This document shows positions 28,554-37,600 of a stretch of DNA of 52,510 nt, piece after piece. Below the pieces are notes generated by a model. It saw nothing but the letters and a program-made list of their open reading frames with translations. It searched no databases and was not told the DNA's origin. The stretch is from a virus (taxonomy: Duplodnaviria; Caudoviricetes). Positions within the stretch are counted from its first letter, which is position 1; each line of letters begins with the position of its first letter. Position numbers and translations under genes: made by a program. The stretch lies in the IMG/VR virus record IMGVR_UViG_3300033067_002302, positions 1 through 52,510 of that record, one strand, 5' to 3'.

Positions 28554-29779
28554 GTGGTGAGGAGCTGGCTCGCGCGGGCGAGCGAGAGATCCGAGCCGCA
28601 CGCCATCGCGCCGAAGAACGCGAGGCGACGACCGCGGTTGCTGCTCGTCTGCACCTGGCCGAGCTCGTAGATGCGGAAGCCCATGACGCTCACGTTGCGC
28701 GGGTCCGCGCTCACGTCCTGCGTCGCGCCGCCGAGCGCGCCCATGTAGACGCCGCCCTCCTCGGAGAAGTTCACGCAGTACACGCTCGACAGCGTGCTGC
28801 TCGCGCCCTTCGACTCGTTCGAAGCGACGTTGTCGTTCGCGAGGATCGGGTACCCGTCGAAGGTCGGCACCTGCATGCCGTTCGCGAGCACGATCTGCGG
28901 GCCGGCCGCGTTCGTCGCGCGGACGAGCGCGTTGTACTTGCGGCGCATCGCGAGGTTCATCACGAACGCGATCTTGCCGTCGCGCACCTTCACCGCGTCG
29001 CGGATGGTCTCGAGCACGCCGAAGGTGAGCGAGTCGCCGTCGGTGCCGGCCGCCGCCGAGACCTGGCCGGGCGCGCAGAGCGCCGCGAGGCCGTCGAAGT
29101 CGTTGCTCGCCGTGAAGGCGATGGTGCGGATCTGATCGACCGACGCCTGCGCGGCGGTGATCGTGAGCTTCACCCACTTGCTCGGGTCCTGCGACTTGAG
29201 CGTGTAGGTGCCGTCGGCCGAGACCGTCACGTCCGCGCCGAACGTCTGGTCGTCCGGCGCCTGGAACGCGAGCTTGGTGCCCGAGTTCGTGTAGCGCAGC
29301 AGGCCCGGCCCGCTGCGGTCGCTCGTGCGCACGAAGGGCGAGCACGAGACGAACACGGCGTACGCGCCGGCGTTGAACGCGCCGATGGTCGCGCCGCTCA
29401 CCGAGCCGCCCGAGACCATCTTGCCGGCCAGCGTCAGGCCGGCCGCCTTGAGCTTCATCATCGTCTGCGTCTCGAGCGGCGAGACGAGATCGCTCATGTT
29501 CTCCTGCGCGAAGTTCGGCACGTAGAGGTCGGCCGTGTACTCGCGCTTCGACACGGTCACGCGCTCGGTGCGGCCCGTGGACTCCGCGGGCGCGCCGCCG
29601 GGGGCGATCGCCGCGAAGCTGCCGAGGGCGGCCTCACGCGGGTACGAGAAGCCCTCACCGGCCTTCGGCACCCACGGCACGATGCCGAACATCTCGTCGC
29701 TGGTGACGATCTGCTTGAGCACGGCGGTCTGGTAGGCGTTGCGGCTCGCGCGCATCGCATCGAAGAGGGTCTCGGCCAT
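28550..29779 (-). CDS. major capsid protein (HK97 fold)
   Basis: Follows scaffold; FSYPRE, FDGL, FVMN..MRR, FDGYPI..ND, SSVYCV motifs; highly biased codons. Confidence 0.88.
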   Translation of the reverse strand: MAETLFDAMRASRNAYQTAVLKQIVTSDEMFGIVPWVPKAGEGFSYPREAALGSFAAIAPGGAPAESTGRTERVTVSKREYTADLYVPNFAQENMSDLVSPLETQTMMKLKAAGLTLAGKMVSGGSVSGATIGAFNAGAYAVFVSCSPFVRTSDRSGPGLLRYTNSGTKLAFQAPDDQTFGADVTVSADGTYTLKSQDPSKWVKLTITAAQASVDQIRTIAFTASNDFDGLAALCAPGQVSAAAGTDGDSLTFGVLETIRDAVKVRDGKIAFVMNLAMRRKYNALVRATNAAGPQIVLANGMQVPTFDGYPILANDNVASNESKGASSTLSSVYCVNFSEEGGVYMGALGGATQDVSADPRNVSVMGFRIYELGQVQTSSNRGRRLAFFGAMACGSDLSLARASQLLTT

Positions 29780-29844
29780 GGTCGTTTCTCCGTGTTGGGG
29801 TGGTCGCGGGGTTCAGGTCCGTCGCCCGCGACACGCGGGACGGG

Positions 29845-30627
29845 TCAGCGCTTCGACGACGCGTCGACGCGCAGCAGCTCGTTCGTGCTCAGCTCGTGCA
29901 GCGGCTTGCCGTTGCCGGTCGTCGTGCCGTTGCGGGTGCCGGCGCCACCGGCGGGCGCCGCGGCGAAATGCGGGTACGTGCGCAGCCACTCTTCGGCGGC
30001 CTTCGCGATGGAGGGCTGCGCGACGCCGCCGAGCGTGATGCTCGTGATCGCGTAGGTCTCCGGATCGGTCTCGATCGTGAGGTCGGCGAGGAACGCCTGC
30101 GCTGCGTGCTTGATCGCGGTCGGCAGGGCCTTCGCGGCGAGCAGCGCGTCGGAGGCCTGCTGCGAGACGACGTGCGCGCGGTACTTCGCGGCGGTCGCCT
30201 CGGCCCTCGCGGTCGCCTCGGCGGCGGCCTTCTGCGCGGCGGACTTCTCGTCCTCGATCTTCTTCGCCGCGCGCTCGGCGGCGATGCGCGCCTTCTCCTC
30301 GGCGCTCTTGCCCTTGAGGTCGAGCTCGTCGCGCTCGGCCTGCAGCTTCTTGGTGTTCTCCTCGAGGTCGGCGAGGCGCTTGCGCAGCTCCTCGGCCTCG
30401 GCGGTCGCCTTCTTGTTCCGATCGACGATGAGCTTGTCGAGCTCGGCCTGCGTCAGCTCGAGCTTCTTCGGCTCGGGCGCGGGCGGAGGGTTGCCACCAC
30501 CACCGCCGCCACCGCCCGACAGATCGGGCTCGGGCGCGAACACCGCGCGCTCGTGCGGCAGACCGCCGAGGCCGATGAAGCAGATCGTGGAGAGCAGGTT
30601 GAGACGACGAGCGAGGAACGGATCCAT
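29845..30627 (-). CDS. capsid scaffolding protein
   Basis: LTQAELDKLI..R coiled coil, C-terminal PHF...GGAG, upstream of MCP. Confidence 0.85.
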   Translation of the reverse strand: MDPFLARRLNLLSTICFIGLGGLPHERAVFAPEPDLSGGGGGGGGNPPPAPEPKKLELTQAELDKLIVDRNKKATAEAEELRKRLADLEENTKKLQAERDELDLKGKSAEEKARIAAERAAKKIEDEKSAAQKAAAEATARAEATAAKYRAHVVSQQASDALLAAKALPTAIKHAAQAFLADLTIETDPETYAITSITLGGVAQPSIAKAAEEWLRTYPHFAAAPAGGAGTRNGTTTGNGKPLHELSTNELLRVDASSKR

Positions 30628-30837
30628 GGCGCACCACCCCGGGGACTTCGGCGTCCGGGTACCGCCTCACCTCGCAGCCCCGGGCGTTCACGCGTGCGAG
30701 TCCGCGTGCCGGTACCGCGCATCGCTGCGCGGGTTGCCTCGGTGCACGCGACCACGACGGATCACGCGCTCACGACGCCGAGGCGGCGCCGACCGGCTTC
30801 TCGCCGGCGGGGTCGATGTCGCGCGAGGTGCTCGCGC

Positions 30838-31344
30838 TCAGGCGTTCTGCAGGACGATCTGCGGCGCGCCCGCGCCCATGTGGCGGTTCACCGCGAGCAG
30901 GAGCGCCGCCGCGAGGGCCTTGCTCGTCGCGAGGTCGATCGCGTTCGCGGTCGCGATGGTGCTCTGCGTCGCCACGCCCTCGCCGATGAGCGGGCGGTGG
31001 CTCGCGGCCACGGCGATGTGCGCGTTGAACTTCGTCTTGAGGTCGTTCAGCAGCGCGTTCGCGGTCGTCTGATCGCTCGCGTTCGCGACGGCCGTCGGGT
31101 TCGTCGCGTCGGCCGCCACGTGCGCGCCGGTGTCGGCGACGTGGAGGTTCCACGCGGTCTTGATGCTGTTCGCGAGCGCGATCACGGCGTTGAGGTCGGC
31201 CGTGCCAGTGTCGGTCACGAGGCGCTGATCGTGGTGCGGCAGGAGGCCCTGCGACGCGAGCGCCGTGTTGAGCTTGTTGTAGTTCGCGACGAGCGCCGCG
31301 ATGGTCGGCTGGTTGAGGTTCGCCGTCTTGGCCGTCGTGGGCAT
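30838..31344 (-). CDS. putative head-associated structural protein with internal His-containing repeats
   Basis: AGGAG RBS, strong codon bias; repeats KTAWNLHV / KTKFNAHI / AVNRHM. Confidence 0.65.
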   Translation of the reverse strand: MPTTAKTANLNQPTIAALVANYNKLNTALASQGLLPHHDQRLVTDTGTADLNAVIALANSIKTAWNLHVADTGAHVAADATNPTAVANASDQTTANALLNDLKTKFNAHIAVAASHRPLIGEGVATQSTIATANAIDLATSKALAAALLLAVNRHMGAGAPQIVLQNA

Positions 31345-31360
31345 CGTGGATCTCCTGCGG

Positions 31361-31552
31361 TCAGGTCGTCTGGTGGAGCAAGAGGGCGTCGATGCGCCCG
31401 GTGGTCTCGAGCACGTGCTCGTCGATGCGTTGGCGGCCCGTGGCGAGCGCGATGCCGCGCTCCTCGCGCATCACGATCACGCTGCCGTCGGCGTGCTCCT
31501 CGATCGTCCAGCGACGGAGGGGCTCGTCCACGGTGATGCGCTTCTCGCTCAT
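31361..31552 (-). CDS. hypothetical protein
   Basis: ATGA overlap with portal stop. Confidence 0.6.
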   Translation of the reverse strand: MSEKRITVDEPLRRWTIEEHADGSVIVMREERGIALATGRQRIDEHVLETTGRIDALLLHQTT

Positions 31553-33360
31553 GCGTCGGTCGCGCCAGGCGGGTCAGGAGGCTCAGCGAGCGGCCCGTCC
31601 TTCATCGCACCGGACGACTTCGCCGCGCTCGGGCTCGCTGGCATCGGCGAGAGCTCTTCGGCGACGTACCAGTGATGCACTTCCTCGGGGTTCTGATCGA
31701 ACCGAATCCCGAGAGCAGGTCCGCCGATCTCGACGAGCGTGCCCGGGCCCGAAGCCTCGGACATGTGCGCGGCCGTCGGGCCGACATACACGCGCGATCC
31801 GATTGCGGCGGGCGTTGCCGACGAGTCCGCCATCGTGGAAGGCTGCGCAGCAGTGGAAGGCTGCGGGGGCGCGGTTTCCTGCGCCACGAGCTCGCGCTCG
31901 ATCTTCGCCATCGTCGTGCTCGACAGCTGCGGGAGCACGCGCTGCACGAGGCCGCGCTTGATGGCGATGGTCGCGGTGGGCCCGAGCTTCGCGCTCACGG
32001 CATCCATCGCGTTCTTGATGTCGCTCGTCACGTCGTCGATGTCGAACGACTCGGGCGCCGTGACCCGGTTCTTCCGGGCGATGTCGGGGTGCTCGCCCTC
32101 GCCGAGCGAGACGAGCTGCGCGAGGTCGCTCTCGCCGCGTGCGATCTCAGAGCCGAAGTCGGCGATCGCGCGGTTCGTCGAGGCGAACTCGTACGCGCGC
32201 GCGACGCCGCTCGTCGGTGCTCCGACGGGGCGCGTGTACTCGGCGCGCGCCATGCGGAACATCTCTTTGACCGTCGCCTCGACGCGCGCCTCGAGCGTGC
32301 TCGCGACGCTCGCCGGCGGGGCGAGGTAGTAGTGCACGTTCTTCGCCTGCGGATCGAGCGTCAGGCCGTTATCGACGCCAACCTGCACCTCGCCCGTCTG
32401 CGAAGGGTTGTTCTGCGCCATCACGAGGATCGCGAACACCTGCCCGCGCACGTGCTCGTCGAGCTCGCTGACGAGGTTGAAGAGCCGGCGCCCCTCGAGC
32501 GCGATCTGCGCGTGCATCGGCAAGCCGAACACCGCGGAGTCGCAGTTGGGCACGCGCTTGTGCCGGAAGATGGCGATCGGCACGCGGCCGAAGCCGTGCG
32601 GCACCACCACGGGACCGGTCACCGCCTTGGTGCCGCTGCCGTCCTTCGACACCGTGTAGCGGGTCGCGTCGGTCGCGGTCCAGATGGTGTACTCCTCGAC
32701 CTCCTGGCGCTCGGAGTCCCAGCTCTCGACCTCGGTGCGGCACGTGCGGACCTTGGCCCATTCGAGCCGGCCGCCGCGCTCACACCACTCGAGCAGGTTG
32801 CCCGGCGCGAGCGGATTGACGATGAAGTGATCGAGCCCGAGCGCGTCGATCTGCGCGCGGCTCATGCCCTCTTCGACCTCGGGGCGGTCGAGGAGCACCG
32901 GCGCCCAGCCACCGATCGCGGCGCGGAGCACCACGCCGGGGCGCATGTCGTCCCACGTCGTGCCCTGCCCATCGATGTCGTCGCGCCACGAGCGCACCGC
33001 CGCGCTCTCGCCGTCGCGGATGAACGGCTTGCGGAGCAGGTAGCTCGTCTTGAGGTCGGTGAGCGGCTCGACGTAGTTCAGGTAGTGCGCGACGGCCTTG
33101 CGCGCTTGGTACTTCGCCTCGTCCTCGCGCGGGTGCTTGTCGAGGTAGCTCCCCGACGACGAGCGCAGGCTCAGCCAGTACGGCTGGACCGACGCGTAGA
33201 GCTCAGCGGCCGGCCCCCAGTACCCACTCGGCGGCTGCTCCACGCCGCCCTGGAACCCGCCCGCGCCCGTGTAGGCGTCGGCGAGGAACGTCAGCCAGCG
33301 GCACTCCTTGTCGTAGCCGCACCGCGTGCGCTCGAGCTGTTCGAGCAGCGTGTCGGCCAT
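31549..33360 (-). CDS. portal protein
   Basis: HPRED..KY..RK..A.Y.NY, H.FGRVP, SGVARAY.F motifs; position between terminase and scaffold. Confidence 0.88.
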   Translation of the reverse strand: MADTLLEQLERTRCGYDKECRWLTFLADAYTGAGGFQGGVEQPPSGYWGPAAELYASVQPYWLSLRSSSGSYLDKHPREDEAKYQARKAVAHYLNYVEPLTDLKTSYLLRKPFIRDGESAAVRSWRDDIDGQGTTWDDMRPGVVLRAAIGGWAPVLLDRPEVEEGMSRAQIDALGLDHFIVNPLAPGNLLEWCERGGRLEWAKVRTCRTEVESWDSERQEVEEYTIWTATDATRYTVSKDGSGTKAVTGPVVVPHGFGRVPIAIFRHKRVPNCDSAVFGLPMHAQIALEGRRLFNLVSELDEHVRGQVFAILVMAQNNPSQTGEVQVGVDNGLTLDPQAKNVHYYLAPPASVASTLEARVEATVKEMFRMARAEYTRPVGAPTSGVARAYEFASTNRAIADFGSEIARGESDLAQLVSLGEGEHPDIARKNRVTAPESFDIDDVTSDIKNAMDAVSAKLGPTATIAIKRGLVQRVLPQLSSTTMAKIERELVAQETAPPQPSTAAQPSTMADSSATPAAIGSRVYVGPTAAHMSEASGPGTLVEIGGPALGIRFDQNPEEVHHWYVAEELSPMPASPSAAKSSGAMKDGPLAEPPDPPGATDA

Positions 33361-33380
33361 GGAGCCTCGCGGGTGGCGTC

Positions 33381-33426
33381 AGAAAGGGGACGGGGCCGGC
33401 CGGGGAGGGAATCCCGACCGGCCCCG
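33381..33426 (-). terminator. GC-rich hairpin in portal leader (possible attenuator/terminator)
   Basis: CGGGGCCGG (33391-33399) pairs with CCGGCCCCG (33418-33426); followed on minus strand by TCCCCTTTCT (weak U tract). Confidence 0.35.
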
Positions 33427-33515
33427 CGGGGACTCGGCAACGAACGTCGGGGAGGGTCGGCTGCAACCCTCGCGGGTGTAGTCGATGAGTGCCCGATCTC
33501 GACCCCCCGGGCCAG

Positions 33516-33571
33516 GGCCGGCGACAGCCGAGGACAGCCGACGGTAGCCGAAACCAGCCAGCCGTAGCCGA
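33516..33571. promoter_or_regulatory. helically phased direct repeats AGCCG(A), 10-bp period, upstream of the portal operon
   Basis: AGCCG at 33526, 33536, 33546, 33566; AGCCA at 33556; GGCCG at 33516. Confidence 0.65.
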
Positions 33572-33575
33572 GGGG

Positions 33576-34559
33576 TCAAGCTACGAGGCCCTTTGCCCTG
33601 GCCTGGCGCCCGGCCCAGGCCTCGACCTCGCTCCGACGGGCCACGACCCGTCCGAGCATCTCGTAGACAGGCAGGGGATCGTCGCGCCGCGCAGCGTAGG
33701 CCTTGCAGGTCGATTCCGACCGACCCACGAGCGCAGCGATCTCCTTCCACGATTCCAGGTCGAACCCGAGTGCCATCTCGCTCGCTCCCTCCGCGCGCTC
33801 GCCCTGCGCGCTGCTCGCATCGCCCACTTCCCTGCGCGCCGGCCGCCGCTCGATGAGGCCCTTGCGCTCGAGGCGCTCCCGCATCGCCTCCTTGCCCTGC
33901 CGGATGACGAGCCCGACCTGGTGCGTGGTGATCGGGTACCCGAGCCGCAGCGTCAGATCCGATGCGACCTGCGCCGCCGTCGAGTAGCCGCGCAGCACCT
34001 CCTCGAGGAGCCCGCGCGCCTGCGCCGCCGTGAGCGACAGCGAGCCCTTCACCACCGGCGCGGTGAACGCTCTCGCGAACGCCTGATCCACCTCGATCAC
34101 GTCGTCGCGCCCGTGCTCCGTGCGGACCGCGCCCTCGCTGCGCGCCTCGTGCTCGACCTTCCACGCGTTGCGGATCGGCGAGCGCCCCGCCCGGATCGCC
34201 GTCGTCTTCTCGATGGCGCGCTCGAGCGTGCGCCACCGCGGCCGCTCGCTCTCGTCGTCGCCCCGCTGCGAGCGCTCGATGATGCGATGCGCGCGCGCGT
34301 CGATGTGCGTCGCGCCGCCGAGCTCGACGACGGGCACGGGGCGCGACGGCACGAACGGCGCCTCGGCCGCGACGACCACGACCACGGGAGCGACCTGAGC
34401 GCGCCCGTCGCCCGCCTCCATGCGCCGCCGGCAGAGCTTGCAGCGCACGAGGCCGCGATCCTCGGTGACGTTGGCCGTGATGATGCCGCAGAGCCCGAAC
34501 GAGATGTCGAGGCCCTCGCCCGTCTGGCGCTCGCGGCGCAGGTGCACGACGCCCGACAT
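33576..34559 (-). CDS. putative late transcription regulator with C-terminal Xis/AlpA-like HTH
   Basis: LESWKEIAALVGRSESTCKAYA...LPVY...VVARRSEVEAW; N-terminal H..LC...C..C. Confidence 0.65.
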   Translation of the reverse strand: MSGVVHLRRERQTGEGLDISFGLCGIITANVTEDRGLVRCKLCRRRMEAGDGRAQVAPVVVVVAAEAPFVPSRPVPVVELGGATHIDARAHRIIERSQRGDDESERPRWRTLERAIEKTTAIRAGRSPIRNAWKVEHEARSEGAVRTEHGRDDVIEVDQAFARAFTAPVVKGSLSLTAAQARGLLEEVLRGYSTAAQVASDLTLRLGYPITTHQVGLVIRQGKEAMRERLERKGLIERRPARREVGDASSAQGERAEGASEMALGFDLESWKEIAALVGRSESTCKAYAARRDDPLPVYEMLGRVVARRSEVEAWAGRQARAKGLVA

Positions 34560-34565
34560 CGCGCG

Positions 34566-34982
34566 TCAGCCCTCCTTGGGCGCGAAGCCGTGCACATGGG
34601 CGAGCTGCGCGACGACGAGCCGCGCCACGTTCTCCACATCGCCCGAGATGAGCGCGTGCGCCTGGCCGCGGATGATGCCCGCGACGATCGAGACCGTCGT
34701 GCGGAAGGCCTCGCTGCTGTTGTCGAGGCCAGTCGCGTCGGTCGTCCAGTTGTCGTGCGGCGAGGCCGGTCCCATCGACGCGGCGCCGTCGATCACCGAA
34801 CGATCGATCGCGGCCCACTCGTCGATGGTCGCGTCGAGCTCGGCCATCGAGAGCGCGGTCGTGAAGCGCCGACGCGCCGTCATCTCGACGAGCATGCGCA
34901 GCGCGAGGCGATCGGTGAGCGCAAGCCCGACTTGCTCCGGATCGCCAATCCACGCGACGACGTTCTTCGTTGCCTGGCTCAC
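34566..34982 (-). CDS. hypothetical protein
   Basis: GGAGG RBS, GTG coupled start. Confidence 0.6.
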   Translation of the reverse strand: MSQATKNVVAWIGDPEQVGLALTDRLALRMLVEMTARRRFTTALSMAELDATIDEWAAIDRSVIDGAASMGPASPHDNWTTDATGLDNSSEAFRTTVSIVAGIIRGQAHALISGDVENVARLVVAQLAHVHGFAPKEG

Positions 34983-35233
34983 GACGCACCTCCACCGAAC
35001 GCGCGCGCCACGATGCGCGACTTGAGGCCCTCGAGCGCGAACACGATCTCGGCGTCGCCCACGTCGCCGCGGCGCATGAGCCCCATCCCGATCTCGCCGT
35101 CGCCCTCGATGAACAACACCACCGCGCACGCGCACGGATGCCGCTCGAGCGCCTCGTTCGCGAACTCGAGCGCAGCGCGCTGCGACTCGCCCATCGTGCC
35201 CTGCTCCACCTTCGTTTCGGTCCGGTTCGTCAT
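34979..35233 (-). CDS. hypothetical protein
   Basis: MTNRTETK..., ATGA coupling. Confidence 0.6.
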   Translation of the reverse strand: MTNRTETKVEQGTMGESQRAALEFANEALERHPCACAVVLFIEGDGEIGMGLMRRGDVGDAEIVFALEGLKSRIVARAFGGGAS

Positions 35234-35610
35234 GCCGCTTCGCTCCCTTCGTTGTCGTCGCCGTCGTCCACACCGCCGCGCTCGCACCACCGCGCGAACG
35301 CGCTGTCCTCGATCAGCTCGTCGAGCTCCACACCGCGCACCGGCAGGAGCGACGGCGCGAGCTGCGCCGGCGTCCGGTACAGCAGCTCGATGTCCTCGCG
35401 CGGCGCCGCGTCGCCCCACAGCACCCACGCCAGCACGCGCACCGCAGCGAGCGTCGACGCATCGACCACCACCCACGTCACGCCCTCTGCGGCGCTGAAC
35501 AACGCCACGCACGGCCGGCCCTGCTCGTCGTTCGAGACGACGAAGCACGCCGACCCGCGCTTGTGCTGCGCGCGCGCGTCGCTCGGAACGATGGCGCCGA
35601 GCTCGCTCAC
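35230..35610 (-). CDS. hypothetical protein
   Basis: GTGA coupling with terL stop. Confidence 0.6.
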   Translation of the reverse strand: MSELGAIVPSDARAQHKRGSACFVVSNDEQGRPCVALFSAAEGVTWVVVDASTLAAVRVLAWVLWGDAAPREDIELLYRTPAQLAPSLLPVRGVELDELIEDSAFARWCERGGVDDGDDNEGSEAA

Positions 35611-37046
35611 AAGCCCCTCACGTGGAACGAGCGCACCGGCCCGGACGAGGTGAGCACCTGGAACGCGAGCGAGATCGCGTCCACGTCGTCCTTGTAGCGA
35701 CCCGACGGAAACGCCGAGACGCGCGAGAGCAGTCCAGCGGTCCAATCGCCATCGACCACCACGTGCACGCGTCCCTGCTCGACGTGAGGCGACCACACGC
35801 GCGCGTAGGCCTCCTTGTCGCGCGAGGCGAGCACGGTGTGCACCGTGAAGCCCATGCCGCCGAGCTTCGCCGAGAGCGCGTGCGCCTGCGCTTTACCCGC
35901 CTGACCGGGGTCCTGCCAGAACGCGATCTCGACGTTGCGACCGTCGGCCATCGCCGTGCGCTCGATGAGCGCATCCACCTGCGATGGGCCGGCGCGGAGC
36001 GATGCGAGGTGCGTGATCGCGTACTCGTCGGCGGGCTCTGCCTGACCGGGCGCGAGGAACTGCGGACGCGCGTTGAAGCGAGCGAGCTTCACGCCGCGCG
36101 TCCAGTCGGGGTCGGGGTTCGAAGTCGTCGGCTCGGTCGCCGCGAGATCCCACGCGCGCACCACCCGACGCACGCCCGGGATCTGCGCAGACGAGACCGC
36201 GCGCTTGAACCACTCCTCGCGGAAGTAGCCGCCGCTCTTCATCGAGCGCCGCCAGCGGCCCTCCTTGAGCCGCGCGCGATCGACGGCGGTGAGCGCGTCG
36301 AGCTTAGTCTCGTAGTCGGGGTCGGCCTGCGTCAGCGTCGGGTTGTCCGTGCGCGCCGACGGGATGAACGTGAACGACAGCGCGCGCTTGCCCGGATGCC
36401 GCGCCTCGAGCGCCGCGCGATCGCTGTCGAGGTCGAACGTGTCGTCCTCGCGTCGCACGAGCCATCGCGTCTGCCCGCATCGCTCCGGGATCGGGAGCCC
36501 GCTCTCCGCGTCGATGAACCACGCAAGCAGCTCGAACACCCAGTGTTCGGGATCGGGGTTCAGCGTCGCGATCACGTGCGGGCGCACTCCGCACGTCGAG
36601 CGAAGGCGGCTGAACAGGAACCAGAACTGCTGCGCGGTGAACTCGGTCAGCTCCTCGAACACGATGCACGCGTACGCCTTGCCCGCGTGCGCGCGCTCGT
36701 CGCCCTCGTGCTGCAGGTGGCGCATCTCGATGAGCGATCGGTGCTCGGGCCATCGCCACGAGAGCGTGGGCGACTCGCGACCGTTGCCGCCGAGCACGCC
36801 CATGAGCCGCTTCGACTGCTCCCACGCGCTCTCGGCGCCCTGCAGATCGACGGCCTCACGCCGGAACAGGATCCCCGTGTAGCCCGGGACGTTGTACCAC
36901 CGCCCGAGCGCGAACAGCGCACCCCACGTCTTGCCGCCGCCGCCCTGGCCGCCGAAGAACGTCATGTCGCAGTCGCTCTCGAGCAGCTGCGTCTGCGGGC
37001 CCGGGTGCGGGCGGAGCACGAGCTCCTGCTCGACGTGTTCGCTCAC
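35607..37046 (-). CDS. terL: terminase large subunit
   Basis: Walker A GGQGGGGKT, Walker B IVFEELT, TLNP, nuclease RAWDLAA and KDDVDA. Confidence 0.97.
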   Translation of the reverse strand: MSEHVEQELVLRPHPGPQTQLLESDCDMTFFGGQGGGGKTWGALFALGRWYNVPGYTGILFRREAVDLQGAESAWEQSKRLMGVLGGNGRESPTLSWRWPEHRSLIEMRHLQHEGDERAHAGKAYACIVFEELTEFTAQQFWFLFSRLRSTCGVRPHVIATLNPDPEHWVFELLAWFIDAESGLPIPERCGQTRWLVRREDDTFDLDSDRAALEARHPGKRALSFTFIPSARTDNPTLTQADPDYETKLDALTAVDRARLKEGRWRRSMKSGGYFREEWFKRAVSSAQIPGVRRVVRAWDLAATEPTTSNPDPDWTRGVKLARFNARPQFLAPGQAEPADEYAITHLASLRAGPSQVDALIERTAMADGRNVEIAFWQDPGQAGKAQAHALSAKLGGMGFTVHTVLASRDKEAYARVWSPHVEQGRVHVVVDGDWTAGLLSRVSAFPSGRYKDDVDAISLAFQVLTSSGPVRSFHVRGL

Positions 37047-37600
37047 GACGCCTTGGCCTCCGGATCGTCCGTGCTCGCGTTCGCTTCGATGGGCGCCGGC
37101 GACGACGGCTGCGGCCCGAGCTTCGACGGCGGCACCATCAGCACCACGTGCACGCTGCGCGTGTTGACGTTCACGTCGACGGTGGGCTTGGCCGCGTCGA
37201 GCAGCTCGCCGTTCATGCGCGCGATGTCCATCGCCGCCTTGCGTCGCGCGTCGTGCGTCGGCGGCCCGAAGATGACTCGCCCGTCACGGATCCCGATCGG
37301 GGCGTGCATGTCGCCGCGCGCGATCGACGTGAGCAGCTCGAGCCGCTCCTCGCGAGTCGCGATGTTCGCGCGCGTCCGCTGACGACCGAGCTCCGCGATC
37401 GCCGATGCGACCTTGGGATTGGCTACCAGCTTCGCGCCCGCGACGCTGAGCGTTCGATCGTCGCCGGCGTATCCCGCCACCCGAGCCGCGTGCGTCGCGT
37501 TGCCGCTCGCCGCGTACGCCTCGACGAACCGACGCGCGCGCTCGGTGAGCGGACGCTCGCGCTTGGCGCTCTCGGCGCGCTTGGGCTTGCTCGTGCTCAC
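37043..37600 (-). CDS. terS: terminase small subunit
   Basis: LTERARRFVEAY....NATHAARVAGY...A.KL..NPKV motif. Confidence 0.92.
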   Translation of the reverse strand: MSTSKPKRAESAKRERPLTERARRFVEAYAASGNATHAARVAGYAGDDRTLSVAGAKLVANPKVASAIAELGRQRTRANIATREERLELLTSIARGDMHAPIGIRDGRVIFGPPTHDARRKAAMDIARMNGELLDAAKPTVDVNVNTRSVHVVLMVPPSKLGPQPSSPAPIEANASTDDPEAKAS

